A stretch of 64,000 nt of DNA, from IMG/VR virus record IMGVR_UViG_3300027898_000007. The stretch is one strand, 5' to 3'. Shown here piece after piece: positions 30,096-40,632 of this stretch. The translations under genes and the position numbers were made by a program. The notes below the pieces were generated by a model. That model was not told the DNA's origin. It saw only the letters and a program-made list of their open reading frames with translations, and made no database searches. Origin of the DNA: a virus. How positions within the stretch are numbered: position 1 is the first letter of the stretch; each line of letters opens with the position of its first letter.

Positions 30096-30938
30096 TTATT
30101 TTTTAGTTTTCAACTCCACATCTTTTTTAAGTCCGATGAGGAATCCTTGATTTTGTGGATCGTTCAAGTAATCAATTACGTCTTGTTCGTCGTTTCCAAT
30201 CATATCATCATTATAATAATACGCTTGACGATTTTTACGTAAAATCTTTAAACTCACACATTGTTTGATAAACAATTTTAAATCTAAATTCTTATCTTCC
30301 ACGAATGACACGAATTTTTCCGGATCATTTTCCATTTCTTTAAATAGCCTGGAAGAAATTACCGCTTCACTTACGTTGTCCGTAATAAGATTGTTTGTAT
30401 ACAATTTTAACAAAGATGTTTTTTGTTCGTAAGATAAATTTGAAAATAGAATACTCGCTTTCAATTTGATTTCGTTTTTTCTATTTTCAATTACGGCATC
30501 TTTTTCATCATCCGTAATCACATATTTAGCTTCGGGCCATTTACCTTCATTGTACTCATCCCAGGAATTTGCTACGTTTTTGTGACCTAATAGGAAATTG
30601 TAACATAATAAATCACTAGCTATTCCTAAATCGAGTTCTTTATCTTTATTGGTCATGATGACCGCAAAATCGTTCCAAAACTCAGACTCTTTGGTTAATT
30701 CTCCTTCATCTTTTCGCAACAGCTTTTCCATTGCGATTTCTTGGTCTCGATCTAACCCGGTGTATAAATTTCCCTTTTTGTCGATATACGGGGAAATATA
30801 ATCTTTACATTGTTTATATCGAACGAACCCCGACCACATATTTTCTGATTTTTGTCGGGGTACGATCTTTACACGTCTACCGGGTTTTAATTTAACACTT
30901 TGATGAATTTTGTATTCTTCTTGGTTTTGAGATGACAT
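30096..30938 (-). CDS. Conserved crAss gene 75-like protein
   Basis: Directly downstream of MCP; FWNDF, KYVITD, ENDPEKF motifs. Confidence 0.65.
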   Translation of the reverse strand: MSSQNQEEYKIHQSVKLKPGRRVKIVPRQKSENMWSGFVRYKQCKDYISPYIDKKGNLYTGLDRDQEIAMEKLLRKDEGELTKESEFWNDFAVIMTNKDKELDLGIASDLLCYNFLLGHKNVANSWDEYNEGKWPEAKYVITDDEKDAVIENRKNEIKLKASILFSNLSYEQKTSLLKLYTNNLITDNVSEAVISSRLFKEMENDPEKFVSFVEDKNLDLKLFIKQCVSLKILRKNRQAYYYNDDMIGNDEQDVIDYLNDPQNQGFLIGLKKDVELKTKK

Positions 30939-30973
30939 AAAAATATATTAATGAAATTTAAAGTTTTTAATAA

Positions 30974-32413
30974 TTAGGATGCGTTACAGATCAATTCTCC
31001 ACATGATAATGGATTTTGAATAGCAATTCCGGTTTCAGCTAAGAAGTGAACTGCATGTCCATCTAAGGTGTTAGAACGAATGTTTGAAACAGAATTCGAA
31101 TGACCCGCATCAGAACTTGCTCCAGCGGTTTGCCACATTACGCTTTCACGATCTCTCTTAGCATATTTCTGAATGTTAGATTTTCCATCATACATACCGT
31201 AATCGATAAAGGTAGCTCTGTACGATTCTAAAGGACGACCTGTGATTGGGTGAAGTTGACGGTTGTGAATTGGATCGTCATAAATTGGCATGTGCATTAA
31301 AGTAATCTCAGTACCATTCAATCCGTAGTAAGAAGTGAATTGACCTTTTAAAGTTAAATCTTGACCTTCTCCAGATACAAAATGAGTATCGATTAATTGG
31401 AAACGATTAGCCGATTGCTTCATAGCTCTGTCAAAAGCATCCATGAAATACTCACCACAAAGAGCCACGAATTTACGTTTACCTTTATCAATCACATTAT
31501 AAGAAAGATCCATCAGGAATTCACGAATAATGTTTTCAGTAAGAACAGTATAGGTTCTTTGGTTAGCAGGAGCAATTTGTTCACGTAAACCAGAACCAAT
31601 ATATACTGGGCGACCGTTTGATCCTTTCATATCCACAAATCCGGTCGGAGTTGCGTTGTAAGTAGAATAGATCATGGCTCTTTCTTGTTCACGATACCAT
31701 TGTTCATAAAAAGTCCATTTTTGAACATCTGTCCACATGGTAGAGGTTTTTCCGGTTTTAGGATCTTTCATCATTACCGCCATTACATCGGTAGAAGCTG
31801 ATCCTGAAATTTCATAGGTTTTACGTTGAGTAGTTAAGTGATTTCTTAACATGAACGGAGTAGCGTAAGTGGTTAATCCGGATTCAGAAGAAAGTTCTTC
31901 GTATGCTGAATAATCTTTGGAAAATTGCGCTCCATTAGCCAATAAGCTTAACGGCATATAAACCGATGGATCCAGAGTAGTTAATTTTAAAGTATAACAG
32001 AATCCGGCTCCTTCTTGATAAGGCTCTTCCATAACCCGTACAGGATAGGCTCTGTTGTCGGGTACTAAAATTTCTCCAACTCCGAAATGTTTTTTAGCCA
32101 ATTTAATACGAAAAGTCATACCATATTGTCCTGGAGTAGACCCTAAATCACCATAATTACCAATTACAGGAACAGGCTCTTCCAAATCCCCCATCAATCT
32201 CCATTGATATTGACGATTATCAATAAATTGAGTTTTTCCAATACCTCCGGTTAAAAGTTGTAAAGGGTTACCGTAATTTACTCCGAAAATAAACGATAAT
32301 ACGTTATTTACGGTTTCCGGTTCAGTTAAGTAAGCCGATGCCAAATTATTGGAATCGGTCATACCCGCTAATTTTTTACCTTGATAGAGTTGTAAATTGT
32401 TTACTGCTGCCAT
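30974..32413 (-). CDS. Major capsid protein (crAss type, HK97 fold)
   Basis: GMTDSNNLA, YQWRLMG, FSKDYSAYEELS, RNHLTTQRK, GSGLREQI; position after portal and scaffold. Confidence 0.9.
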   Translation of the reverse strand: MAAVNNLQLYQGKKLAGMTDSNNLASAYLTEPETVNNVLSFIFGVNYGNPLQLLTGGIGKTQFIDNRQYQWRLMGDLEEPVPVIGNYGDLGSTPGQYGMTFRIKLAKKHFGVGEILVPDNRAYPVRVMEEPYQEGAGFCYTLKLTTLDPSVYMPLSLLANGAQFSKDYSAYEELSSESGLTTYATPFMLRNHLTTQRKTYEISGSASTDVMAVMMKDPKTGKTSTMWTDVQKWTFYEQWYREQERAMIYSTYNATPTGFVDMKGSNGRPVYIGSGLREQIAPANQRTYTVLTENIIREFLMDLSYNVIDKGKRKFVALCGEYFMDAFDRAMKQSANRFQLIDTHFVSGEGQDLTLKGQFTSYYGLNGTEITLMHMPIYDDPIHNRQLHPITGRPLESYRATFIDYGMYDGKSNIQKYAKRDRESVMWQTAGASSDAGHSNSVSNIRSNTLDGHAVHFLAETGIAIQNPLSCGELICNAS

Positions 32414-32441
32414 TCATAATGATGTGTTTGAGGTTTAATTT

Positions 32442-33668
32442 TTATTTTATAAAGTTTCTAAAAGCTTTTACTTCGGCTTCTTTTTTCTCCGATGGTTTAT
32501 TTTCTACTATTGAAGAACTTCCTTTAACCGGAGCGTTAGAGGGTCTACTTAAAATTTCTTTTAACTTTTTAGTAGAAGTTGTTTCTGCTTGTTTGGTTAC
32601 TTTACTGTAATCAAACTTTTTGAATTTTAGAAACGCTAGTTCTACCTGGGTTTGGAGAGGATTGGCTTGAATATCTCGTTGATATCCGGTTAATCCTGAT
32701 TTATCTTTTTTTAATAAATAATTTTTAAATTCTTCCCTCTCTTTATCTTTTACTTCTAATCCGGCTATTTTAGGGGAATCAGTAATAACTTTTTGTAAAC
32801 TGGAGATGTAATTTTTATACTCATCCTCTTTACGTTTTTGCTCCGCTTGTTGCTCAGCAATCATTTGATTGTATTGAGCTTCAGCAATTCGAGCCATTTT
32901 TTTTTGAGCTATTTTAGCTTGTTTTTCAAGCGCGTTAGCATCTTCGTAGGTCTCAATAGTTTCCAAAATATCCTCTGGATCCATTTCTTGACTTTTTAAA
33001 TATTCTCGAATGAGGTATTTTTGATCATCTTTGTTTTCTAAATTCAAAGTACTCAAATCAATAGGTCCTGCTAGGGTTGTTAAAAATTTAGCGGGATCTC
33101 CTCCTCTTTCAATATAATCAACTAGTTCGGAAACTACCGATGGTAATTCATTTTTGTATCGATCAATTTCTCTTGTAATTGTATTTTGAATCGCTTTTTG
33201 AACCCCTTCTTCACTATTTTCAATTTCATCATCATCATTCGCAATCACAATACCCTTATCAGCTAAAAACTTTACGAAACCTTGGTAATCAATATCTCCT
33301 TCTTCATTTGGCTCAGAAGGATCAGTTTCTTTAACTTCCGGGGATTCCTCGGTAGTTGTTTCTTTTTCTTCCGTTGAAGTTTCTACTTTTTTTTCCGTTG
33401 GAATTTCCTCTTTTTCTTTTTCATCATCATCGTCATCACCCCTTAATAAGGCTTCTACGTCTTTCTCAGATAAAGTAGTAATCGTTTTGCTGTTTTGAAT
33501 TGCTTTCGTATCTTCGACTTTATCTTTTAAACTTTGAATTTCTTGTTTTCCAGATTGTACTTCTTGGTTTAAAGTATCCAGTTGATAATTCGGGTCATTC
33601 TCTCGTAGAAATTGTTCTGCTATTGATTCCCCGTCTCCATACAACGTGGTAATTTTTGTTCCAGCCAT
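32442..33668 (-). CDS. Putative scaffolding protein
   Basis: Highly acidic, coiled-coil, between portal and MCP. Confidence 0.65.
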   Translation of the reverse strand: MAGTKITTLYGDGESIAEQFLRENDPNYQLDTLNQEVQSGKQEIQSLKDKVEDTKAIQNSKTITTLSEKDVEALLRGDDDDDEKEKEEIPTEKKVETSTEEKETTTEESPEVKETDPSEPNEEGDIDYQGFVKFLADKGIVIANDDDEIENSEEGVQKAIQNTITREIDRYKNELPSVVSELVDYIERGGDPAKFLTTLAGPIDLSTLNLENKDDQKYLIREYLKSQEMDPEDILETIETYEDANALEKQAKIAQKKMARIAEAQYNQMIAEQQAEQKRKEDEYKNYISSLQKVITDSPKIAGLEVKDKEREEFKNYLLKKDKSGLTGYQRDIQANPLQTQVELAFLKFKKFDYSKVTKQAETTSTKKLKEILSRPSNAPVKGSSSIVENKPSEKKEAEVKAFRNFIK

Positions 33669-33703
33669 AAATTATTTTTTAATTAATATTAAATTTTACT
33701 TTA

Positions 33704-33711
33704 CAAATATA
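33704..33711 (-). promoter_or_regulatory. Bacteroidetes -7 element (TATATTTGTAAA) upstream of scaffold/MCP operon
   Basis: Exact TAnnTTTG; same 12-mer recurs at 36944-36955. Confidence 0.6.
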
Positions 33712-33779
33712 ATGAGTTAAATAAAAATATTTTTATTTATTTAACAAAAAAGCCGAAATACTATAGCGCACTTGGAATA

Positions 33780-36251
33780 TTATGATTGTCCAGGCTTACG
33801 ATTTTTGGTAGCCGACGCTATTTGCGCCCTAGCTACCTCAGCCGCTTTGTCGGCTTTATACTTTTCAGCTTCTATTTTTTTATCCGTTATTCGCTCCATC
33901 AATCGTCTTTCTTCTTCATCATCTTGTTTCTTTTGTTCAAACTTAGCTAACTCCAATTGATCCGGAATGCTATCTTGATTGACATCGTCGTTTTTAGCTC
34001 CTTTGAAACTATTGATTTGAGCGATTTCAATGAGAGCCGCGTTTTTATCTTGTTCTCTTTGATTTTTCTGAGATTCAGTAAATTGAATTTGAGCCAGAGC
34101 AGCTTGTTTATTAGCTTCGATTTGTTGTAATTGATATTGTTGTTGAGTAGCTTGTTCTTCTTGTTTAGCCGCTTCTGATTGCTCAATTGTATTTTTGATT
34201 TCAGCAATCGAATTAGATTGAAGAATAACCGTTGCTTCTTTTAAACTCATTGTACCGGATGCAATAGCTTGATTCGCTAAAGCACGTAAACCTTCTAATA
34301 CTTGGGTATCTCTAGCTTGATTGGATACAAATAATCCATAATCTGCATTAAGAAATTGATCTGAGATATTAATAATCATGCGACTCATATTATCCATAAT
34401 GTAATTAATTTTTTTACCTCCTTCTTTCCAACAATATTTAGCGGCTTCGATTAATCCGGATAATACATTTTTTTTAATTTCATTATGACGATAAAAAATA
34501 GGTTCGGTAACAAAACTAGATTGAACAATTGAACTATGAACGCCCCCTACTGTTTCAGAATTTGCCACACTACCTTGACGTTGATGAGACACTCCGGATA
34601 AATCTTCAATCATACGTTCAATTTTATCAAGTATTGTGATATATTGACCTACTGATTGAGATAAACTCATATCGACCGAAGTAAATTGATTAAAACTAGA
34701 CGTTCTACCTTGACCCATGGACCCAGTTCCTTCTTCAAAACTATTAATAAAAGCCAACCCTACTGAATCGAAATAATACATCCATTTTTCCAAATCCATA
34801 CCTTGAGATTTTGGAATTTGAGCTAAATCCACCACCATTTTCTTACCTTTAGCTTTAGCAATTTCAAGTTCTAATCGATACCAAATAATATCATATAAAT
34901 AAGAACCTGTTTTTAAATAATCAACAAATGATGTATTTCGAGAATTTAGATTATTATATAATCCTCCAAAAAATCCCAATTTACATTCCGATGGATTATC
35001 ATTGGTTCTAAATTGAAGTTCTTTAGGCTTCATATCAATATAAATACCATCTCCGATTTTAGTGCCTGTGTGAACTTCAGATATCCATTTCCATTCTACT
35101 ACTTCTCCAGATTTTGCATTTGGAACATATGTTTCATCCACCACCATTTCTTGTTCTTCAAGATTTTCGTCAAAATATTTTAAAAATCCTACTTTTCGTA
35201 ACGACACCCATTCTAAAATAGCTACTCTAATGTATCCCGTACCATTATGATCTCGAAATTGAGGACGACCATATGTAATTGGAATTCCTCGATCCGTTAT
35301 TCCTCCTTCTCCTAAATTAGAAGTAGACGCTGAAAAATATGTTCCCGTATCTAATATATTCAGTTGTTCTTCGGTTAATTGACTAAAATATTGATTAATA
35401 ATATCGTGAACTTTACAATATTTAATATAAACTCCGAACTGAGCTTTTTCTACTTCATCTGTATCTAATGAAGAATTATAAAAAAAATCAAGAGGGTTAA
35501 TACATTCAACAATTGGTTCTCCATTTTTTGTACCAATATAATAAAATTCACATCCTGAAATTAAACCGTGTTTAAATCCTTTATTAAAAAGAAAATCTAA
35601 ATTTAAATCTTTATGTAGATATTCTAATACTCGATTAGCCGTTACTTCCCTAAGATCATTAAAACTGTAATTTTGATATTTAGCAATTTCTTCCTGGGTA
35701 AAATTTTCAATGGGACTTGGTGGGGTTGGAGATTGGGTATTTGGAGATGATGGGTCTTGAGATGAATCTTGTTGGGGAGAGGGGGGAATTAATCCGGATT
35801 TTTTCATGGATTCAATTAATTCTTGTTCCATGGCTTGAAGTAACATTTCTTTTCGTTGTTCTTCAATTTCAGATACCGCTTCTTCATTTGTAACCACCAC
35901 TTTATATTCAAATGGTTTTTTTATTTCTTCTCCTAACAAAACTTTCATTTTTGGAGAAATAAGATCATGATGTCTTAATTTAGCTGGAAATTCTAAATTT
36001 TCACCATAAGGATGGGTAACGTAATTAAAATCGTTTTCGTTTACAATATTGTTTACTAAATCGTAATTAGCAGCCATATTAGCATAATCTGAAACTTCTC
36101 CAGCTGCATTTGTAGCATATCCTGTGCCTAACGATAAAGGTGTACTTAAATTTAAAAAATAATTAATATTTTGAATATACCATTTTTCATCTTTTTCTTT
36201 TCGAGAAAGTTTTTGAGGAGGATATATACTTGATTGCGATTCGAATCCCAT
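33780..36251 (-). CDS. Portal protein
   Basis: 823 aa; HDLISPKMKVLLGEE, DLAQIPKSQGM, FNQFTSVDMS, SGVSHQRQG. Confidence 0.9.
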   Translation of the reverse strand: MGFESQSSIYPPQKLSRKEKDEKWYIQNINYFLNLSTPLSLGTGYATNAAGEVSDYANMAANYDLVNNIVNENDFNYVTHPYGENLEFPAKLRHHDLISPKMKVLLGEEIKKPFEYKVVVTNEEAVSEIEEQRKEMLLQAMEQELIESMKKSGLIPPSPQQDSSQDPSSPNTQSPTPPSPIENFTQEEIAKYQNYSFNDLREVTANRVLEYLHKDLNLDFLFNKGFKHGLISGCEFYYIGTKNGEPIVECINPLDFFYNSSLDTDEVEKAQFGVYIKYCKVHDIINQYFSQLTEEQLNILDTGTYFSASTSNLGEGGITDRGIPITYGRPQFRDHNGTGYIRVAILEWVSLRKVGFLKYFDENLEEQEMVVDETYVPNAKSGEVVEWKWISEVHTGTKIGDGIYIDMKPKELQFRTNDNPSECKLGFFGGLYNNLNSRNTSFVDYLKTGSYLYDIIWYRLELEIAKAKGKKMVVDLAQIPKSQGMDLEKWMYYFDSVGLAFINSFEEGTGSMGQGRTSSFNQFTSVDMSLSQSVGQYITILDKIERMIEDLSGVSHQRQGSVANSETVGGVHSSIVQSSFVTEPIFYRHNEIKKNVLSGLIEAAKYCWKEGGKKINYIMDNMSRMIINISDQFLNADYGLFVSNQARDTQVLEGLRALANQAIASGTMSLKEATVILQSNSIAEIKNTIEQSEAAKQEEQATQQQYQLQQIEANKQAALAQIQFTESQKNQREQDKNAALIEIAQINSFKGAKNDDVNQDSIPDQLELAKFEQKKQDDEEERRLMERITDKKIEAEKYKADKAAEVARAQIASATKNRKPGQS

Positions 36252-36931
36252 TATGCTGATTTTGAATATATGATCGGATCTAATTTATAATTTAATTTAC
36301 TATGTTTCATTAAATTGTCTTTAGCCCAAAGTGGTTGAAAATTAGTATGATGATTTAAACGAATAATATCTAATTCGGTTTTAGCAGTAGCTAATGGTAT
36401 TATGTGATCTAAATGCCATTTTCCATAATTTTCTAAACTCATTCCTGTTGTGAATTTAGAACTTATATAATCAATAAAATATTGAAAATCACAACCTAAT
36501 ATTTCTATAGTTTTTGAATTTTTTGTAAAATTTTTTTTATTTGCTTGTTTAAAACTGTTTCCTATTCGAGTTCGAATACTACATTTCAATTTAAAAATTG
36601 GATTTGTTTTTTTACGTTGATTAGTGTATTCATTTTTTCTTTTTAAAATTTTTTGTTTATTTTTTTGATAAGATTTTTGTTTTTGCAAACGAACTTGTTC
36701 TTTATTTCTATTTCTATAATTTATTTTTAATTGCTTAATTTTTTCTTTGTTATTTGAAATATAAATTTTTTGTTTTGTTTTTAAAACGTCTTTATTTTTT
36801 TCTTTGTATTGTTTACAACAATTTTTACATTCTCTTCTATAACCACATGATTTTTGTTTATCTTTAGGGAAAGAAATTAGTTCTTTTTCTTTTTTGCACT
36901 TAGTACATATTTTTGTAATGCTGTCCATCAA
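36251..36931 (-). CDS. HNH endonuclease, free-standing homing type
   Basis: N-terminal CxxC...CxxC; WHLDHIIPL...NHHTNFQPLWAKDN. Confidence 0.85.
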   Translation of the reverse strand: MMDSITKICTKCKKEKELISFPKDKQKSCGYRRECKNCCKQYKEKNKDVLKTKQKIYISNNKEKIKQLKINYRNRNKEQVRLQKQKSYQKNKQKILKRKNEYTNQRKKTNPIFKLKCSIRTRIGNSFKQANKKNFTKNSKTIEILGCDFQYFIDYISSKFTTGMSLENYGKWHLDHIIPLATAKTELDIIRLNHHTNFQPLWAKDNLMKHSKLNYKLDPIIYSKSA

Positions 36932-36947
36932 ATTAACTTAGAATTTA

Positions 36948-36955
36948 CAAATATA
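36948..36955 (-). promoter_or_regulatory. Bacteroidetes -7 element upstream of HNH/portal
   Basis: TATATTTGTAAA in the 52-bp gap after terL. Confidence 0.6.
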
Positions 36956-36983
36956 CTAATTTAAACTTAAATATTTAAATTTA

Positions 36984-39900
36984 TTAAATAAACAATTTTT
37001 TTTTAAAAAAGTTATCTACTAAAGCTTCTTTTTGTGCTTCGTGAACAACCACACGATGCATATCGGTAGCCATTAACAGAGCTAAGAAAAAAGCAATAAC
37101 CCGGTCAGTATTGACTTCTCCATCATACGCTATCAATTCTTCCACTAGCGGTATGGATGGAATATTAGTAAGCTGAAGAACGCCAGGGGATAATTCCGTT
37201 TTTAACCAATCGCGCGTCATGATTTCTAATTGCCCTTTAATTTGAGTACTCATATGAATACCATATTTACGATCTACTTTTGAATTAGGGCTGAGAGATT
37301 TGATAATCTGGGGTTGGGGATACAATAAATATAAAGAATTTTTATTTTCCAAATACATTTTTAATCCCGGTTTTTCATTTTCAAATAAAATACGACCGTT
37401 GTAAAATAAAGCCAATTTTCGAGCATTTTCTAAAAAATCTTTTTCTAATTCGGGTCTCCCGGTGTATTCCGCTACCACACAATTACTGGTTTTATCAGCT
37501 GAAATAAATCGTTTATACACAATCATAGACCCTACGGAATTAGATGTACTAGCCTGATCCATGGCATACGGGTCAAGTCCGATAGTATATAATCCAAATG
37601 GAGGATTGGGTATAGGTTGTTCCCATATAGTCACACATCCTTCTTTTTCGTCTTTTTCATAAATTGGAAATTTTAAAGCTCGATTAGACGGTAAAGGATA
37701 TGGTTCGAACTTAACTTCACCATTAGGTAATTGAATTAGTTTACCCTCGACTCCTAACAATTTATCGTCTCGTATGCTTTTTAAATTCGCCAGATGTTCT
37801 TTTAATTCCACTACTGGAAATACGTTTCCTGTGATGGTTAAGAAAGCTTCAGATGGTTTTAACGGTCGATTTTGTAATTCCGAATAAAGAGGTTCCCGGT
37901 TTTTACCTTCGGCTAATTTTTCTCTTTCTTTCATGAGATAATTTAAAGCCGCTACTTCATCGGTAATGCCTTCTTCATTTTTAAAGGCATTTAGTCCCAA
38001 GGTAGCTGGAATAAAATATCCTATTTTACCTCGATTTTCATATTTATCGTCAAAAGCAATACAGTTAAATGCTTCGGGAGAATAAAATATTTTTTGAGCA
38101 GCTTCCGTAGCCCCAGTAGCCATGGCTCCTCCGGTTCCAGTATAATGCAATGTTCCAAATTGTTCGGATCCATTGGCTACCGCTTCTCGCAATTGACCAT
38201 GGACTTCTAGTAAGTTATAACAAAAACCTACCTCATCGATGACGGCATACGAAGGACGAGATCCATTTGCCGCTAAAGGGTTAGCTTGAAAAGATCGATG
38301 GAGAATGGATGACCCCGATCCTTTTTTTACCCAGTTATTACCTTGTTTGTAATCATACAAAGCTTTGATGGCTTTTCCGGAATCCCAAGATCCAAAATAT
38401 AATTTTTTAAAAGGAGATGGGTATTCTCGACCATTGAAGGTAATTTCACCTTTTAAATTATCCAAGCCTAACTGCATTTTTTGCAATAAAGCACTAGAAT
38501 ATTTTGTATCGATGGCAGATATTAACGTTTCAGATTTAGTTCTTTGGTCTGGATCATATTCGGTTTGACCATCAAAAAGAAAATTATAATCTCCTCCTCC
38601 TGCGGCTCGGAAAGAATTATGAGTAACAATATAATCTCCAGCTACAAATAATTTATCTTCATTATCCACTTCAATACAAACTGACGGTTTTATACTAGTA
38701 GGTGTAATATTAGCAATACCTGTTTTACTAATTTTACACGTTTTATAAAAACATTCGTTTTTCCAATATCGTTGTTTTCTTTTTAATTTAAAAATTGGAA
38801 TTTTAGGTTTTAATCCAAATCTATAAACTAATTTATAACCTTTTACCTGTTTTGTGTATACTTTACATCCAATACCTAATGAGTTTACTAGATTATAAAA
38901 ATCTTTAGCTAATTGAGGAATAGTAGTTGTAAACTCAACTTGAGTTAAACCGGAATATCCGTCGGAATCCATCAAACCTTTTAACAATTCCATACGTTGC
39001 TCAATAGAACCGTATAAATAATCATATGGGATATGTTTGTTTTTTATTAAATTTAATTTTTTTAATTTGTTTTTTAAAACATTAAATTGACTATTTTTAG
39101 GAGCATTGATGTTGTAAGTTGGACAATTTTTTGACCCGTTTTGATTTAACGTAATATGTAAATTTTCTTTATCGGCAATTGTATAAACATATTCTATAAT
39201 TTCAGGATCCGTGGTTGTAATTCCTGTATTATGAGCATTGCCGTCACCCAACCACAATCCTAAGTAATAGGGTTCTAATTCTTGTTTTTTTTCCTCATAT
39301 TGAATTGGTTCACAATACTTAACGAAATATTTAGGATCACGTTTACCGTGGGGTCTTAAATACCCTAAATAATTATTTTTTATGTCGTCAATGGATCTAG
39401 TAACTGTTTTTTGACTAGTTGTTCTTAATGTCCATAAATGACCTCCTCCGCATTCTATTGATCTACCGTCTGAAAAAGATACTTGATATTGTAATTGATC
39501 CTTGTAATTAACTTTGTTCAATACTCGTGTGAGTTTACCATCAGCCCCGTAAATATAATCTCCCGGATTAATGTCTTTTATTTTAACAGGCCCTTCTTTT
39601 TTGTAAACTAACGTATTTTCTTCTAAATCTTTGCCATTTCCCCTCGAACCTATTTCTATCATATTCATAGCCCCATGATGGTATAAAGGACGACCTAATT
39701 GATGGGGAAAATTACTACCATTTTGCAAATAATCCATCAATTTATCTTGGGGAATTTCGGGTCCATTTTCAAAACCACTAAATCCTCTAGCTACTAAAAA
39801 CATATATCCCCAAATCCATTCGAGATCTCGGAGATGAGGGGATGCAATAATTTTTTGTTTGGAATTTTTACTTTTATTTAATTCGATTTGAAAATAATTG

Positions 39901-40058
39901 GTGTAAAAATATAATACACCGGGCATAAATTTATTTCCAACCCACATCCCCTCAATACATCGTCTTTTCTCCGTTCTCCAAAACTCAATATATTCCCTGG
40001 TGAGGGGATTAAGTGTTGGAATTTTGGTTAAAAAGGACTGGTTAGAAATAAATGTCAT
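36984..40058 (-). CDS. terL: Terminase large subunit containing an intein
   Basis: Walker A GSRGNGK|S split by intein; Walker B AVIDEVG; coupling motif GTGG; nuclease GLDPY and DRVIA. Confidence 0.92.
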   Translation of the reverse strand: MTFISNQSFLTKIPTLNPLTREYIEFWRTEKRRCIEGMWVGNKFMPGVLYFYTNYFQIELNKSKNSKQKIIASPHLRDLEWIWGYMFLVARGFSGFENGPEIPQDKLMDYLQNGSNFPHQLGRPLYHHGAMNMIEIGSRGNGKDLEENTLVYKKEGPVKIKDINPGDYIYGADGKLTRVLNKVNYKDQLQYQVSFSDGRSIECGGGHLWTLRTTSQKTVTRSIDDIKNNYLGYLRPHGKRDPKYFVKYCEPIQYEEKKQELEPYYLGLWLGDGNAHNTGITTTDPEIIEYVYTIADKENLHITLNQNGSKNCPTYNINAPKNSQFNVLKNKLKKLNLIKNKHIPYDYLYGSIEQRMELLKGLMDSDGYSGLTQVEFTTTIPQLAKDFYNLVNSLGIGCKVYTKQVKGYKLVYRFGLKPKIPIFKLKRKQRYWKNECFYKTCKISKTGIANITPTSIKPSVCIEVDNEDKLFVAGDYIVTHNSFRAAGGGDYNFLFDGQTEYDPDQRTKSETLISAIDTKYSSALLQKMQLGLDNLKGEITFNGREYPSPFKKLYFGSWDSGKAIKALYDYKQGNNWVKKGSGSSILHRSFQANPLAANGSRPSYAVIDEVGFCYNLLEVHGQLREAVANGSEQFGTLHYTGTGGAMATGATEAAQKIFYSPEAFNCIAFDDKYENRGKIGYFIPATLGLNAFKNEEGITDEVAALNYLMKEREKLAEGKNREPLYSELQNRPLKPSEAFLTITGNVFPVVELKEHLANLKSIRDDKLLGVEGKLIQLPNGEVKFEPYPLPSNRALKFPIYEKDEKEGCVTIWEQPIPNPPFGLYTIGLDPYAMDQASTSNSVGSMIVYKRFISADKTSNCVVAEYTGRPELEKDFLENARKLALFYNGRILFENEKPGLKMYLENKNSLYLLYPQPQIIKSLSPNSKVDRKYGIHMSTQIKGQLEIMTRDWLKTELSPGVLQLTNIPSIPLVEELIAYDGEVNTDRVIAFFLALLMATDMHRVVVHEAQKEALVDNFFKKKLFI
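38616..39629 (-). mobile_element. Class 3 intein (338 aa) with LAGLIDADG homing endonuclease
   Basis: Starts DLEENTLV after GK, ends VTHN before Ser; CGGGHLW (block B), LGLWLGDG and LKGLMDSDG (LAGLIDADG), VCIEV (block F). Confidence 0.9.
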
Positions 40059-40074
40059 TCATAAAAATCAAATT

Positions 40075-40626
40075 TTAGATTAAACCTTTGTCGGCTAATG
40101 ATAATTCGGTATCGGCTTTAGCTCCTCCTTCATTTCGCATACCTCTTGCTTTTTCCACTTCATTTTTAGCCAAAGCTAAACTTTTGAATATGTTCACGGT
40201 TCCAGCAATAAATTTATCCAGTTTTTCAGCATTTTCTAAATCATAATCCACACTTTGTAAAAACCGGGTTCTTTTATTGAGTAATTCCTCGATGGTTGAC
40301 AAGTTTTTTTGAGCTGGAGTAGTCGTTAGTTTAACATACATTTCTACTAATTGCTCGTCGAATTTAGGTGTATCCACTAAATAATCTTTATTCAAAATTT
40401 CAATTCGATCTTCAAGTGGTAAATTGAATAATTTTGAATTAGGATCATAACACATCGCAATCCCTATCATCATTTTACTAGACCGATTTTTATCCTTTTC
40501 ATTTTTGTAATAGGATTTAAATGGTTCAAAAACTAAAAATTGAGGATTTAATACCCAAAAATTATCTTGAGTAGGATTACCTATATTAACATACAGGGTT
40601 TCGTGTTCTTTGTTATTGTTACTCAT
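40075..40626 (-). CDS. Hypothetical protein upstream of terL
   Basis: 183 aa ORF, FWVLNPQF motif. Confidence 0.5.
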   Translation of the reverse strand: MSNNNKEHETLYVNIGNPTQDNFWVLNPQFLVFEPFKSYYKNEKDKNRSSKMMIGIAMCYDPNSKLFNLPLEDRIEILNKDYLVDTPKFDEQLVEMYVKLTTTPAQKNLSTIEELLNKRTRFLQSVDYDLENAEKLDKFIAGTVNIFKSLALAKNEVEKARGMRNEGGAKADTELSLADKGLI

Positions 40627-40632
40627 TAACCG

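Noticed and set aside
33745-33780. Terminator after the portal gene
   Set aside because: A U-tract is present but the stem is weak and wobble-rich
1568-38568. Short plus-strand or off-frame ORFs inside the late genes (e.g. 1576..1896, 6155..6442, 23099..23353, 32338..32610)
   Set aside because: Shadow ORFs of long, well-supported minus-strand genes, with no motifs
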